This document shows, in pieces, positions 38,244-48,453 of a stretch of DNA of 64,000 bases (the stretch's first letter is position 1; every line of letters begins with the position of its first letter). Source of the stretch: Deferribacterales bacterium. GTDB taxonomy: Bacteria; Chrysiogenota; Deferribacteres; Deferribacterales; Geovibrionaceae. The notes beneath the pieces were generated by a model. It was not told the DNA's origin. It saw only the letters and a program-made list of their open reading frames with translations, and made no database searches. The position numbers and the translations under genes were made by a program. Location of the stretch: positions 64,001-128,000 of the forward strand of contig JBFWMA010000005.1 in the NCBI GenBank assembly GCA_050251875.1, read 5' to 3'.

Positions 38244-41200
38244 TTAAAATTTGAGTCCGGCAGTCAGTTTAAGGCTGTAGCTGTCGTAATCCGAGTTAGC
38301 CGCATACTGTCCGAACGCTCCGGCAGTCCAGAAACTGCCTGAATATTCTCCGCCGAGGCTTAATGTGTGGGTGCTGTTGTCCACTTCCTGATCTATTTCG
38401 ATAGTGCCTGTATTCATCTGCGGAATCGACTGTCCGATGGTGATGTCGTTGTCGCCTATGGCGTTTTCAAACCTGTACTCTCCGAACAGTTTTGCTTTTC
38501 CAGTGCCTACAGCCATCACATATTCCACTGAGAGACCGGCTATCAGGCTGGTATCCCAGCCGGTATAGGCTTCATAGTCCTTTGAAAAAGCGCTGTATGC
38601 TGAGTCTGCTATGTCTGTGGAGTATCCGTCCATGTCATAGTAGCTGAGGCTGAGACCAGCAAAGGGAGTTAGTTTTACTCCTTTAGCGAAACGGAAATTG
38701 TATCCGCCCAGAGCCTCTGTCTGAAAGCCTTTTGAGTTGTAGTCCGCTGTCTCTGTTGTGTCGTTGTTTGCGCCCGCATAACCCTCATAGTCGTTGTCAG
38801 TCAGAAAACCTATGGCTGACAGGCTGGTATAGATATTTTTATCCGTTTTGGCGGAAGCTCCCATGAAGAATGAGTCAGACTGGGTTTTGTTCATGGAGGC
38901 ATCTTCAAAGTCTAAATTAGACGTCATATTACCCATATAAAAAGAACCGGAAACGCCTGATTGAAAGATATGAGAGATTCCAACGCCCACGCCGAAAGTG
39001 TCATTGTCATATCCGTCCCCGTTCTGTCTGGACATGAACGGGAAGGCATAGATGGATGTCGCTCTGTTTTTAGGAGCGTATGACAGTCCCGCATCTGTGG
39101 CTATCTCTCCTGAATCAGCCAGCATCAGGCTGTTTGATCCCAGAGACGAGAACCCGCCGAAACTGCCGGCACCGCCTGAGAACATTGAACCGCTGAATAT
39201 TTTGCCCGCTGATTTGGCTGAATTTATGCCTGCCATAACGCTCTTGCCTGCGGCAGATACTGTCGGGCTGTATGTGGCGATAACTTTAGCGTCTTCTCCT
39301 CTTTCGGCGTCATACCAGCTTATCCGGAAGTCGGAGTTGGTGTATTGCGCCAGAGCGGAGAAACTGCCAGTTACTGAACCTTCGTTGTCAATAACCGTGT
39401 ATGGTGTGTTGAACCTGAAATATTTGTTCAGAGTTATGCCGAGTTTTGCATCGTTAATATCTAATGATGATCCTGCATCAATATGTATCATGCCCATGTC
39501 TTCGCATCCGCTGCACACGCCTGCGGCGGCGTTGAACTGATCATTAAAAGTTGCGCTTCCTGCGGCATAGATACCGAGAGAATAAATAGCCGCATCAGGG
39601 TTGGTTGTTGTCATAAAGACATTTCCCGTGTTTTTTACAGTTGAGCTTGAGCCTGCAATAAGAATGGCTGCCGTACCTGTTGTTGTGGCGTTTGGCGCAT
39701 CTACATTAAGGGTCAGGTCGCCTGAGTTTGTCAACGTTCCCGCTGTAGAAGACAATAGTGCAATATCTGCGCTGAAGGTGATAGAGCCTGTCTTATCTGA
39801 TGTTATATCCACAGTGATGTCGCCGCTGTTGCTGACAGCGGCAGCGCCGGGAGTAAATACCGTTACGCCTGAGAGCATATAAAGAGGAGTTAATGCCGCT
39901 GTCCCTCCGGTGTCTGTGTATATGTTAGTGATTGTGCCTGTATTGACTGTGGAATCGGCGTAGGTGAAGATGCCTGCTAACCCCAGGACACTGTCTGCCC
40001 CAGAGATGTTGTTATCTGTTAAGGTCGTTTGTATTGTTATATCGCCGGAGTTCAGGACTGAGCCGGAAGAAGTGGTGCGTATTCCGAATAAATCCTGTAA
40101 CGCTATGGAACCGCCATTGTTGTTGGAAAAAGTATTGACTATATGGATGTCTCCCGAGTTTACCGTAGTATCGGCTGATAAGAGAGATATCCCGGCGGCG
40201 CCGATGACTCCATACCCTGTTGCATCATTGTTGTCTGAAAAATTATAGGAAAGCAGTATGTCGCCTGAGTTTGTCAGTGAGCTGATGTGTCCGTTGTTGG
40301 AGTAGATTCCTGATGTACCGGATGACAGCATGGTTGAGGTGTTGCCAGTGTAGTTGGTGCTGATATTGATTGTTCCGCTGTTGCTTACATTGTTCGCAGA
40401 GACGGAGGATACGTTAATTCCGTTTGCCGTCATGCTGCTGAACATAGAGTCAGATGAGTCAATCGTCAGGTCGATCAGTATGTCGCCGCTGTTTGATACT
40501 CTGTCCAGGGATGTTGAGCCAGTGGCATAAAGTGCAGTGGTATTAGCGAAAGACAATGTGGAACTTGTTGTTACATTGCTTATGGAGTTTGATATAGAGA
40601 TCGTTCCGCTGTTTTCTATCAGGTCTGCTGAGGTGTTAACGCTGTAGAGACCGAATGTTGTGAAACCAATAGCCATCGTGCCCATGTCGCTGTCTGACAC
40701 AGAACCGTTTATACTGATTGTTCCATCGTTGACTATTGATTCCGCAGTTCCTGTGCTGTTCATAATGCCTGCGGACATTATCCCGTTGGTCAGCGATGAA
40801 TATCCTGTGTAGGTGATGCCGCTGTAGTCGGTGTTAAGGCTGATAGTGCCTGTATTTGAAAAGTTGTTTACTCCGTTGCTGAAAATATAGCCGTAGAGAG
40901 ATGATGAGTAATTGCTCAGAGAAGAGCCCAGTGTTACATCGCTCATGATATTGTTGAGTTCTATAGTTCCGGAGTTCTCTGAAGCACTGCAAGACCCCGG
41001 CAATATCCCGATTAAAGAGGCGCTTACATCGTTTACATTCAGATTCTGACCGGATAATATCCTGTTTTCTGTGATGATGCCTTCATTATTCAGATAGGTA
41101 AGAGGCGTCATGCCTAACAGACCCATTATATTAACCGTGGCTGAGCTTTCCGTGCCTGTAAGGTCGGCAGTGTTGGTGTATTCGGTCACATTGACAGGAA

Positions 41201-41282
41201 TGGTGTAGAGTATTGTCCCGCCAGCCGCATGTGCTGATACTGCGCACGCTGTTATACAAAGAGCAACTAAAAACTTACGCAT
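38244..41282 (-). CDS. Autotransporter-like outer-membrane protein, paralog 2
   Basis: Same architecture; C-terminal ~400 aa clearly homologous to 35290-38067 (CSGCE, ADSGEIATDAG, YDSYSLKLTAGLKF). Confidence 0.82.
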   Translation of the reverse strand: MRKFLVALCITACAVSAHAAGGTILYTIPVNVTEYTNTADLTGTESSATVNIMGLLGMTPLTYLNNEGIITENRILSGQNLNVNDVSASLIGILPGSCSASENSGTIELNNIMSDVTLGSSLSNYSSSLYGYIFSNGVNNFSNTGTISLNTDYSGITYTGYSSLTNGIMSAGIMNSTGTAESIVNDGTISINGSVSDSDMGTMAIGFTTFGLYSVNTSADLIENSGTISISNSISNVTTSSTLSFANTTALYATGSTSLDRVSNSGDILIDLTIDSSDSMFSSMTANGINVSSVSANNVSNSGTINISTNYTGNTSTMLSSGTSGIYSNNGHISSLTNSGDILLSYNFSDNNDATGYGVIGAAGISLLSADTTVNSGDIHIVNTFSNNNGGSIALQDLFGIRTTSSGSVLNSGDITIQTTLTDNNISGADSVLGLAGIFTYADSTVNTGTITNIYTDTGGTAALTPLYMLSGVTVFTPGAAAVSNSGDITVDITSDKTGSITFSADIALLSSTAGTLTNSGDLTLNVDAPNATTTGTAAILIAGSSSTVKNTGNVFMTTTNPDAAIYSLGIYAAGSATFNDQFNAAAGVCSGCEDMGMIHIDAGSSLDINDAKLGITLNKYFRFNTPYTVIDNEGSVTGSFSALAQYTNSDFRISWYDAERGEDAKVIATYSPTVSAAGKSVMAGINSAKSAGKIFSGSMFSGGAGSFGGFSSLGSNSLMLADSGEIATDAGLSYAPKNRATSIYAFPFMSRQNGDGYDNDTFGVGVGISHIFQSGVSGSFYMGNMTSNLDFEDASMNKTQSDSFFMGASAKTDKNIYTSLSAIGFLTDNDYEGYAGANNDTTETADYNSKGFQTEALGGYNFRFAKGVKLTPFAGLSLSYYDMDGYSTDIADSAYSAFSKDYEAYTGWDTSLIAGLSVEYVMAVGTGKAKLFGEYRFENAIGDNDITIGQSIPQMNTGTIEIDQEVDNSTHTLSLGGEYSGSFWTAGAFGQYAANSDYDSYSLKLTAGLKF

Positions 41283-41556
41283 ATATTCACCCCATGAAAA
41301 GAATAAGTATGCTAAATTATATCCCCTGATATTTCATTTACAACACGAACTTTTGTTAATATGCGTGGTTATTTTCTGCTTTTGTGACCGTATAAATACT
41401 TCATATATGAACATATTTGTGTTCATTAATATTATCAGGTATTAGCGTATGTTTCATATTTGGTGTCGTCATGGATTTGTTTGATTTATTGACGGATAAT
41501 TATTTTTTTGAGAGTGGATTCATAGTCTGTTTAACATTAGGTTATATGCAGAAAAA

Positions 41557-41649
41557 GGCATAGAGAGAAAGCCTTCCGGTTGACGTGGCGATCCCAGAGG
41601 GAGTGCATGTGTGTGAGATTGCTTCACCAGTAAAGGGTTCGCAATGACG
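41557..41649. repeat. Degenerate second copy of the RPE/REP-like element
   Basis: GGCATAGAGAG...CGTGGCGATCC...GAGATTGCTTC...TTCGCAATGACG matches the arms at 15970-16044. Confidence 0.65.
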
Positions 41650-41678
41650 AAAAAAAGCGGAGCCCAAGCTCCGCTTTT
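41650..41678 (-). terminator. Terminator after mltD
   Basis: A7-GCGGAGC-CCAA-GCTCCGC-T4. Confidence 0.85.
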
Positions 41679-41717
41679 ATGTGATTTTTCTTATTCTAAA
41701 TGGATGGAGTAATTTTG

Positions 41718-43523
41718 TCAGTCTATATACAGCACCATTCCGGGACGGATGCCTTTGCCCACGCCGTTGCGTTTCTTTATATCGTCAATGCTGGTGCCGA
41801 ATTTCTTAGCGATAGCCCAGAGGTTGTCGCCGCTTTTTACTTTATATTTTGTGACTTTACCTTTGGATGATGCTTTGGCGGCTACTGATGATGACGCCGG
41901 AACTGTCAGTACCTGACCGGAGTTTATCTGGTTGCCTTTGATGTTGTTTGCGCTTCTGATATTGGCAACCGTTGTGCCGTATTTTGTGGCGATTCTCCAG
42001 AGAGTCTCACCCGCTTTTACCTTGTGGGTGGTTGTCACATACTGTCTGCTCTGTGATTTCAGCGGTTTTGAAATAGCTACACGCTGGCTTCTGTCTGCGT
42101 AATAGTTTTCAGAGATGACGAGCGACTGCCCGGGGCGGAGTCTTCTGGGGTTCACGTTTTTGTTCATTGCCATCAGTTCATATGTGGAGAGTCCGTATTT
42201 GGCGGCGATAACGCTCATGTTCTCGCCTCTGCGAACGTTGTGAAATTTCGGGTTATATCTTTTCAGCTCGGAAGCGAAAGCGACATTGAGCTCATCGTCA
42301 TAAACATCGGGGATAGGTACGAAAAGGACTGTTCCGCCGGGAACACGGTTCACTGTGAATCCGTTCGCCTTTTTCAGCGTGGAGGTGGACAGACCATATT
42401 CGGAAGCGATGTTCGAAAGGTCTGTGGTGCCGGAAGTCTTAACAACATAGAACTGCGCCAGCTCTTCGTCTGTGATATGTTCCAGCTTCTCTTCCAGATC
42501 GGCTCTCTTGCCGTATGGAATACGCAGTGTATATACGTCCACCGGAGGCGTCATGGGAGTCATCAGCTCCGGATTCAGCTCTCTCAGGGTGTCGATGTCG
42601 GTGTTTATGAGATCGGCTATCACATAGAGGTTGGACTGTCTGTAGAGATCCACTCTGTCAAACAGAACGGGCATTCCGTTGGGCGTGTCGAATCCGTATT
42701 CCTGATAGTTTCTGGCGAGATATCTGAGCGCGAGGAATTTCGGAACATAGTCTTTGGTTTCCACCCTCAGATAGGTGTTCTGTCTTTTTGAAAGCTCATA
42801 GAAATCTGTTGTGCCGTAGCGCTGGATGGCTCTCTGGATTTTTCCCTGTCCGGCGTTGTATGCCGCCAGAGCCAGATACCAGTCGCCCAGACGGTTGTAG
42901 AGGTCACGCAGGTGGCGTGCCGCCGCCACGGACGCTTTTTCAAAATCACGGCGCTCATCCACCCAGAAGTTATAGTCCAGACCATAGAGCTTGCCTGTGC
43001 CCTTCATGAACTGCCACATGCCGCACGCTCCGGCGTGGGATGTGATGGACGGGTTGAACCCGCTCTCTGTGAAGGGAAGATAGGTAAGATCTTCGGGTAC
43101 GCCTTCCCTGCGGAAGATGTCTCTGACTATGTATATGTACTGGTTTGATCTGTTAAGCCATTTCTGAAAGGTGGTGCTGAATTTATCTGAAAACATGCGG
43201 ACATAGAACTCGAATCTGTCGTCTTCCGTCAGAGGAATCGTGTCGTATTTCCCATACTCCGTGTCGCTCTGGTCGAGGTGATAGTCGGTCTGTTTTCTCA
43301 GAACGTTATAGATATCGATCCCGTCCTCTTCCAGCCTTGCCACAAAGCGGCTCTCTTCTACCTCGGAAAAACCGTTGGCGCCGTATCCGCTGTCCTGAAG
43401 AACAACTTCCTCATTCTGAATTTTGGTTGGAACGGCAGGTCCCGCCGGAGATAAAGAGGCTGTGCTGGGGGCGCATGCCGCCAGAGCGAGAAAAGACGGT
43501 ATGTATATAAGATATTTTTTCAT
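41718..43523 (-). CDS. mltD: LysM-containing lytic transglycosylase lipoprotein (MltD-like)
   Basis: Lipobox LAAC; TESGF, GMWQFM, LALAAYNAG, ETKDYVPK; several LysM repeats. Confidence 0.92.
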   Translation of the reverse strand: MKKYLIYIPSFLALAACAPSTASLSPAGPAVPTKIQNEEVVLQDSGYGANGFSEVEESRFVARLEEDGIDIYNVLRKQTDYHLDQSDTEYGKYDTIPLTEDDRFEFYVRMFSDKFSTTFQKWLNRSNQYIYIVRDIFRREGVPEDLTYLPFTESGFNPSITSHAGACGMWQFMKGTGKLYGLDYNFWVDERRDFEKASVAAARHLRDLYNRLGDWYLALAAYNAGQGKIQRAIQRYGTTDFYELSKRQNTYLRVETKDYVPKFLALRYLARNYQEYGFDTPNGMPVLFDRVDLYRQSNLYVIADLINTDIDTLRELNPELMTPMTPPVDVYTLRIPYGKRADLEEKLEHITDEELAQFYVVKTSGTTDLSNIASEYGLSTSTLKKANGFTVNRVPGGTVLFVPIPDVYDDELNVAFASELKRYNPKFHNVRRGENMSVIAAKYGLSTYELMAMNKNVNPRRLRPGQSLVISENYYADRSQRVAISKPLKSQSRQYVTTTHKVKAGETLWRIATKYGTTVANIRSANNIKGNQINSGQVLTVPASSSVAAKASSKGKVTKYKVKSGDNLWAIAKKFGTSIDDIKKRNGVGKGIRPGMVLYID

Positions 43524-43595
43524 TAGCTGTCCCTATGGTTATATTAATTAAAAAGCAACTATACACTAAAATAGGCGCAAATCAAGAGTTTGACG

Positions 43596-44354
43596 CTATT
43601 TCAGTCCGGAAAACACAATTGCCCACTTTCTGTTTAATTCGGCTATAGCGGCGGATTTCTTAACTAAATCTATTTTTTTGCATCTGACAAAACGTGCCAG
43701 AGACACCAGCCGGATGAATTCGATGTATTTTATCGATGCGCTGAGCTGGTCTCCGGTCACCGCTCTTTTTATTATAAGTTTCTGTGGGATATAGTTAATA
43801 TGGAATTTCGAGGCTATGCGCAGCCAGAGGTCATAGTCCTCGCACACACGCATATTCTCATCAAAAAAACCGCATGCGGAAAAGACCTCTCTGTGGATGA
43901 CACAGGATGAGGGGCTTATCCGGCAGATGTCGAGAATTTTTGAAAATATCTGCCCGCCGTATTTTGAGTGTTTGTTTCCCTGATTGATGAACCGGTCTGT
44001 TCTGTACCAGAACTCGTCTGTGTGGGACACCAGCCAACCTTTTTCGAACTGTTCGTTCTGGCGGGCGAGTTTTTCGGGCATCCATATATCATCGGAGTCG
44101 AGAAACGCTATAAATTCGCCTTTGGCGGCTCTGATACCTGTGTTTCTGGCGGCGCTGACGCCTGAGTTTTTTGTGAGCCTGATGTAGTTGATGCGGCTCA
44201 TATATGGAGCGAGACACTCCGCCACGGAAAGATCTGATCCGTCATCCACCACTATGATCTCATAGTCTGTGAACGTCTGGAGAAAGACAGACTCTATGGC
44301 TGTTCTGAGTGTATCTGTGCGGTTGTAGACGGGGATGACTACACTGAATCTCAT
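43596..44354 (-). CDS. Glycosyltransferase family 2
   Basis: SVVIPVYNR, VVDDGS, GVSAARNTG, AFLDSDD, EDYDLWLR. Confidence 0.95.
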   Translation of the reverse strand: MRFSVVIPVYNRTDTLRTAIESVFLQTFTDYEIIVVDDGSDLSVAECLAPYMSRINYIRLTKNSGVSAARNTGIRAAKGEFIAFLDSDDIWMPEKLARQNEQFEKGWLVSHTDEFWYRTDRFINQGNKHSKYGGQIFSKILDICRISPSSCVIHREVFSACGFFDENMRVCEDYDLWLRIASKFHINYIPQKLIIKRAVTGDQLSASIKYIEFIRLVSLARFVRCKKIDLVKKSAAIAELNRKWAIVFSGLK

Positions 44355-44809
44355 ACAGGTCGTTTTCGGTCGAGTTTGGTGGAGAAGACCAGTATGGTAT
44401 TTGTCTTGTCCACTCCGGGCACGTTTCGTATCTTTTTAATAAGTCTGCTCAGCGAGTCGGTGTTGTTTGTGGTGACATGGAGCAGAAAAGTGAAGTCGCC
44501 TGTGACATGGTGACATCCGAGAATGTCAGTATCCAGCGTCTTAATCATGCTTTCGAAATCTTCTATGTGTTTCGCATTGTCTATGGATATGCCTATGAAG
44601 GCGATGATGTCGTATCCGAGCTGTTTGTAGTCGATGTCCACTGTATAGTTGCGGATGATGCCCAGTGTTTCGAGCCTCTTGATTCGGTCTATCACAGAGG
44701 GGGATTTCATCCCTGCCGCTTTCGCTATGTCGGCATATGATGTTCGTCCGTTCTCCACCAGCATGTTGAGGATGAGCTTGTCCGTTTCGTCGATATTATG
44801 CTGTCTCAC
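44351..44809 (-). CDS. Lrp/AsnC family regulator
   Basis: DETDKLIL...GRTSYADIA...RIKRLE..GII; VTGDF. Confidence 0.94.
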   Translation of the reverse strand: MRQHNIDETDKLILNMLVENGRTSYADIAKAAGMKSPSVIDRIKRLETLGIIRNYTVDIDYKQLGYDIIAFIGISIDNAKHIEDFESMIKTLDTDILGCHHVTGDFTFLLHVTTNNTDSLSRLIKKIRNVPGVDKTNTILVFSTKLDRKRPV

Positions 44810-44812
44810 TGA

Positions 44813-45472
44813 CTACCTCCGTGTTGTTACGCCTACTTTATCACAGAGTTCGTATAGTCCGCAAGATGAACAAATGGGTGAAACAGGACGGCATATGCTT
44901 CTTCCGTATGCCACCAGTATTTCATTGATGCGTATCCAGTATTTCTCAGGCAGGTGTTTTCTGAGCTCTATCTCGGTTTTTTCCGGTGTTTTTGTTTTAA
45001 CATATCCCAGACGGTTGAAAATGCGGTGAACGTGGGTGTCAACGCACACTGCCGGGCGTCCGTATCCTTCCACCACCACGAGATTGGCGGTTTTTCTGCC
45101 CACGCCTTTCAGCGTGACGAGTTCGTCTATCTCTTCGGGTACTTTTCCGTCATATTTTTCCATCAGGATTCCGCATATGTTTTTTATGGTTTTCGCCTTG
45201 GTTTTGTAGAATCCGGCGGGATATATCAGTTTTCCGATTTCTTCTTCAGTAAGTTTCAGAGTTTTCTGTGGAGTATCTGCCACGGCGAACAGCTTTTCGG
45301 ATGACGCCAGCGTCACTTCGTCTTTGGTGCGCAGACTGATGAGACAGCTCACCAGCACACGAAAAGGGTCGCGCTTGGTCTGTTTGGATATTTTGGTTAC
45401 CGAAGGTTCCTCCATGTTGCGGTAGGCGTCCTCCAGCAGTTCATAGATTTTGTGGATGTCAGACTTCTTCAT
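44813..45472 (-). CDS. nth: Endonuclease III
   Basis: LKGVGRKTAN HhH, VDTHVHRI, C-terminal Cys4 cluster motif. Confidence 0.95.
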   Translation of the reverse strand: MKKSDIHKIYELLEDAYRNMEEPSVTKISKQTKRDPFRVLVSCLISLRTKDEVTLASSEKLFAVADTPQKTLKLTEEEIGKLIYPAGFYKTKAKTIKNICGILMEKYDGKVPEEIDELVTLKGVGRKTANLVVVEGYGRPAVCVDTHVHRIFNRLGYVKTKTPEKTEIELRKHLPEKYWIRINEILVAYGRSICRPVSPICSSCGLYELCDKVGVTTRR

Positions 45473-45713
45473 TCAGATATTCTCTCAGCTGAGGACTGAT
45501 ATACATGTCCGACAGGTCGAACGTTTTTATGGCTCTCGCCAGCATCAGCAGACGGTATTCCTTCGTGGATTTGCGGTCGAGAATGAACATATACTGTCCG
45601 TCCTTCTGACAGAGTCCGCCCCTCGCCTTAGTCACCTCATAGCGCAGGCGTATGTTCAGCTTAGCCGCCAGTTCTTCCATTTCGTTTAAAAGCGTGTCAA
45701 TTTTCGCAGACAT
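45459..45713 (-). CDS. Small hypothetical protein
   Basis: 84 aa, overlapping both neighbours; IRLRYE..GGLC..., YISPQLRE. Confidence 0.75.
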   Translation of the reverse strand: MSAKIDTLLNEMEELAAKLNIRLRYEVTKARGGLCQKDGQYMFILDRKSTKEYRLLMLARAIKTFDLSDMYISPQLREYLNEEV

Positions 45714-46863
45714 TTACATCCTCTATCTTCACAAACAAATATAAGATAATAATGCTGACTATACAAAAGAAAAATGCGGTGACGAACACCATTCTCACAT
45801 TCGCTATGTCGTAAACCACTCCGGAGACCACCGATCCGATGATGGTTCCCAGCCCGTATCCCACTCCGGAATACATGGTCTGGGCTTTCAGCTTCAGCCT
45901 TTCGGGGACGCATCTGTGGATGTAGGACATGATGCCTATGTGGAATGTGCCGTAAGCGAACCCGTGAAAAGTGGAGATGAGAAACAGAGACACGAACGAA
46001 TCGGCGAATCCTGTCACCAGATATCTGATTCCGCCCAGAAAGATAGAGGCGAGAATCAGTGTTTTTATGGGGATTATTTTTGTGATTTTTTCGCTGAAAA
46101 AGAAGAAGATTATCTCAGACACCACGCCTATGGACCACATATAGCCTGCCTGTGTCTGGCTGAGCCCCGCTGAGGCGGTTTTGATATTCAGAAAGTTGCT
46201 CAGGAAAGAGAATGAAGTCAGATAAAGCGTCAGCCCCACGAAAAAGAGAGTCAGCTCCGGCGTCATCTTTTTCTCATCGGCGGATTTCTTCCGGAATACC
46301 GGTCTGTCGTACACCAGTCTGGAGGCGGGGATGACAGACAGCAGTCCCGCCGTCATAAACGTCCATATGAATGAGTTCAGCCCGAAACGGTCTATCATGA
46401 ATCCGGCGGTGATTGACGTGGCTATGAACCCCATAGACCCGAAAAGCCTCATACGCCCGTATGGGATTCTGCCGTCCAGAGAGACGGCTATGCTGTCCAT
46501 CACGGGGATGATGCCCGCTCTGCTGAAGGCGAATATAATCATGATGAAGACGACCAGCACCCTGCTGTTGAAAAAAGCCAGCGGGATAAGCGACACGGAC
46601 GAGCAGAAGATGCAGAAGGAGATAAAAAGATTTCTGCGGGAGATGCGGGAGAAATATTCTGTCCACAGAGGAGTCACGGCAAACTTGGCGAATGGAAATA
46701 TCGCCAGAAAGATACCTATCTCTGTTCCGGTAAACCCCCGTTCCTTGAAAAAATATCCTGATAAGGGAAAAATGATGCCCAGTGTGGCATAGTGCAGAAA
46801 ATAAAAAGAAGCCAGCAAAGGAATGATATGTCTGTCATGATCCTTTGCCGGCATATCTGTCAT
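45697..46863 (-). CDS. MFS transporter (HcaT/nucleoside symporter-like)
   Basis: About 12 hydrophobic helices; YGRMRLFGSMGF, GVVSE. Confidence 0.9.
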   Translation of the reverse strand: MTDMPAKDHDRHIIPLLASFYFLHYATLGIIFPLSGYFFKERGFTGTEIGIFLAIFPFAKFAVTPLWTEYFSRISRRNLFISFCIFCSSVSLIPLAFFNSRVLVVFIMIIFAFSRAGIIPVMDSIAVSLDGRIPYGRMRLFGSMGFIATSITAGFMIDRFGLNSFIWTFMTAGLLSVIPASRLVYDRPVFRKKSADEKKMTPELTLFFVGLTLYLTSFSFLSNFLNIKTASAGLSQTQAGYMWSIGVVSEIIFFFFSEKITKIIPIKTLILASIFLGGIRYLVTGFADSFVSLFLISTFHGFAYGTFHIGIMSYIHRCVPERLKLKAQTMYSGVGYGLGTIIGSVVSGVVYDIANVRMVFVTAFFFCIVSIIILYLFVKIEDVNVCEN

Positions 46864-46883
46864 ATATTTAGAGATTCCGTTCC

Positions 46884-48038
46884 TTACTGGGCCAGAGGAG
46901 ACATGGCGCGCAGTCTTGTCACGCTGTCTTTTATCATGTCTACCGCTCTGTTGATCTCCTCTTCTGTGTTGAACCTGCCGAAGCTGAAACGGATTGAGCC
47001 GTGCAGATCCACCGGGTCAACACCAATGGCATAGAGAACGTGAGAAGCGTCAACGCTTTCGGATGTGCAGGCGCTTCCTGTGGAACAGCATATTTCATCA
47101 GCGTAAATCATCAGGGCTTCCGCCTCGATAAATTTGAAAGCTATGTTGCTCACGCTGCAAACTCTCTTTTCTCTGTGACCGTTCACATATGTTTTTGGGA
47201 TTTCGCCGAGAATCCTGTTTTCAAAGAGGTCTCTCAGGTGTTTGATGTGGCTGACTTCCTCGTCCAGACTATCCATCACTATCTCGCAGGCTTTCGCCAG
47301 ACCGATGATGTTGGGAACGCTCTCTGTTCCGGCGCGGAGACCGAACTCCTGGCTTCCGCCGAAAACGAGAGGCTCGATTTCGTCTTTCAGGTTTTCGTCT
47401 ATATAGAGAACGCCTATGCCTTTAGGTCCGCATATTTTGTGACCGGAGAATGTCAGCAGGTCAACACCCAGCTCGCCCACGTCTATCTTCATCTTGCCCA
47501 TCGCCTGAACGGCGTCTGTGTGTACGATGATGTGGTGTTTTTTAGCTATCTCGGATATCTCTTTCAGGGGTTGAAGAGAGCCTATCTCGTTGTTCACCAG
47601 CATGATAGAAACAAGAATGGTTTCTTTTCTGACGGCTTTTCTGAAGTCGTCCACGCTCACCAGACCGTCTTTGTCCACGGGCAGGTATGTAACCTCGAAA
47701 CCGTGTTTTTCCAGATATTTGCATGTCTGGAGAATCGCCTTGTGTTCTATGGCGCAGGTGATTATATGGTTGCCTTTCTCTTTATATTTTTCGGCTATGC
47801 CTCTGAGAGCCATGTTGTCGGCGGCGGTGCCGCTTCCTGTGAAGATAATCTCGTGAGCTTCTGCTCCGATGGATTTCGCCACTGTCTCTCTGGCTTTATC
47901 CACATCCTCCCGCACGGCTCTGCCCAGAGCGTGTATGGATGAGGGGTTCGCGAATTTTTCTTTGAAATAAGGTGTCATGGCCTCGAAAACTTTCGGGTCC
48001 ACGGGTGTTGTAGCGCTGTAGTCAAGGTAGATTGACAT
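46884..48038 (-). CDS. iscS: Cysteine desulfurase IscS/NifS
   Basis: [31 protein letters not shown]. Confidence 0.95.
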   Translation of the reverse strand: MSIYLDYSATTPVDPKVFEAMTPYFKEKFANPSSIHALGRAVREDVDKARETVAKSIGAEAHEIIFTGSGTAADNMALRGIAEKYKEKGNHIITCAIEHKAILQTCKYLEKHGFEVTYLPVDKDGLVSVDDFRKAVRKETILVSIMLVNNEIGSLQPLKEISEIAKKHHIIVHTDAVQAMGKMKIDVGELGVDLLTFSGHKICGPKGIGVLYIDENLKDEIEPLVFGGSQEFGLRAGTESVPNIIGLAKACEIVMDSLDEEVSHIKHLRDLFENRILGEIPKTYVNGHREKRVCSVSNIAFKFIEAEALMIYADEICCSTGSACTSESVDASHVLYAIGVDPVDLHGSIRFSFGRFNTEEEINRAVDMIKDSVTRLRAMSPLAQ

Positions 48039-48453
48039 GATCTCCTCCGGTTGCTTGTCTCTTTAAATCGTATATAGTAATATTCTCTAAATAATTGTCC
48101 ACTGTTTTTTTAAGCCCGGACCAGAGCCAGTTTATCCCGCAGGACGAGAAGTTTTCGCAGGCGTTCTCCTGTGTGCAGTCGGAGATGGACACGGGACCGT
48201 CCATGGCATAGATAACCTCTTTCAGTGTTATCCCTTCCGCCGGTTTCGCCAGAACGTATCCGCCCTGAGCGCCTCTTGATCCTTCCACCAGTCCGCATTT
48301 TTTCAGCTTTATGAATATCTGCTCCAGATATTTTCTGGAGATGTCTTCGTGGTCGGCTATCTGGGTCAGGGTGACGGGGGCTTTATCTCCGCCTAAAAGA
48401 ACCAGAGCGAATATGGAACGGATGGCGTATCTGCTTTTAGTTGTTATCTTCAT
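48022..48453 (-). CDS. Rrf2-family regulator (IscR-like, three Cys)
   Basis: [26 protein letters not shown]-x5-C-x5-C. Confidence 0.93.
   Translation of the reverse strand: MKITTKSRYAIRSIFALVLLGGDKAPVTLTQIADHEDISRKYLEQIFIKLKKCGLVEGSRGAQGGYVLAKPAEGITLKEVIYAMDGPVSISDCTQENACENFSSCGINWLWSGLKKTVDNYLENITIYDLKRQATGGDHVNLP

Noticed and set aside
41400..41427. Palindromes TTCATATATGAA and ATGAACA-N6-TGTTCAT as operators
   Set aside because: Short, in AT-rich DNA, not repeated upstream of the paralog, and spacing does not fit a GAAC-N4-GTTC LexA box
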